From positions 1-38,684 of the forward strand of contig JACPCX010000121.1 in NCBI GenBank assembly GCA_016184305.1: DNA of 38,684 bases, written 5' to 3'. The stretch is from Candidatus Rokuibacteriota bacterium (GTDB taxonomy: Bacteria > Methylomirabilota > Methylomirabilia > Rokubacteriales > CSP1-6). Below, piece after piece: positions 38,441 through 38,684 of this stretch. Each line of letters begins with the position of its first letter. The stretch's first letter is position 1. The position numbers and the translations under genes were made by a program. The notes beneath the pieces are model-generated. The model was given only the letters and a program-made list of their open reading frames with translations, was not told where the DNA came from and ran no database searches.

Positions 38441-38684
38441 TTGCGAATGCGCCGACTGCTCGTTGTCACCGGCCTGGTCGCCGCGACGCTGGCGGTCGCC
38501 ACCCCGGGCCATGCGGCCAGTCCGATGCAGCAGCTGCAGCAGTACACGGACCGCCTCATCGCGATCCTGGAGGACCCCCGGCTCACCGGCCCGGACCAGC
38601 GACTCGCCCGCCGGGCGGCCGCCCGCAACGCCGCCGAGGAGATGTTCGATGCCGCGGAGGCTGGCCGGCGGGCGCTCGGGATCC
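38441..38684 (+). CDS. MlaC/Ttg2D-like periplasmic lipid-binding protein (3' truncated by window edge)
   Basis: AAGGAG RBS, start TTG 38441 or ATG 38447. Signal peptide, then SPMQQLQQYTDRLIAILEDP...AEEMFDAAEAGRRALG. Confidence 0.7.
   Translation, partial: MRMRRLLVVTGLVAATLAVATPGHAASPMQQLQQYTDRLIAILEDPRLTGPDQRLARRAAARNAAEEMFDAAEAGRRALGI

Overview
GC-rich bacterial chromosomal window. Gene order and repeat types suggest Ca. Rokubacteria/Methylomirabilota, which is inference only. About 1-5100 is a decayed defence/toxin-antitoxin patch: the 3' end of a DUF499-type ATPase, an XRE-HTH gene followed by a relic of its partner nucleotidyltransferase, an AbiEi-like/HipA kinase fusion with a twin-palindrome operator, and a sigma-54 activator fragment. 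About 5180-20500 is accessory and metabolic: flavin oxidoreductase, thiolase, tRNA-Glu, an NHLP-clan peptide / cNMP-binding / RRE-M50 / DUF2064 cluster, amidase, truncated crcB, FAD oxidoreductase, DedA, two tandem DAHP synthases, MITE-like repeats and TonB. About 20650-35900 is housekeeping: tRNA-Val, thrS-infC-rpmI-rplT-pheST-zapB-zapA-6S RNA, an 89-bp tandem repeat, then rny-ymdB-folD-xseAB-ispA-eno-ftsB. The window ends with a GT2, an MNT-HEPN pair and a partial MlaC-like gene. The three strongest leads are (1) a W/F/Y-rich leader-peptide attenuator with five-segment RNA switch logic ahead of two DAHP synthases whose allosteric sites have diverged, (2) the peptide/cNMP/RRE-M50 cluster whose protease motif reads HQxxH, and (3) the putatively autoregulated AbiEi-HipA fusion. 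All family assignments come from motif recognition; no searches were run.
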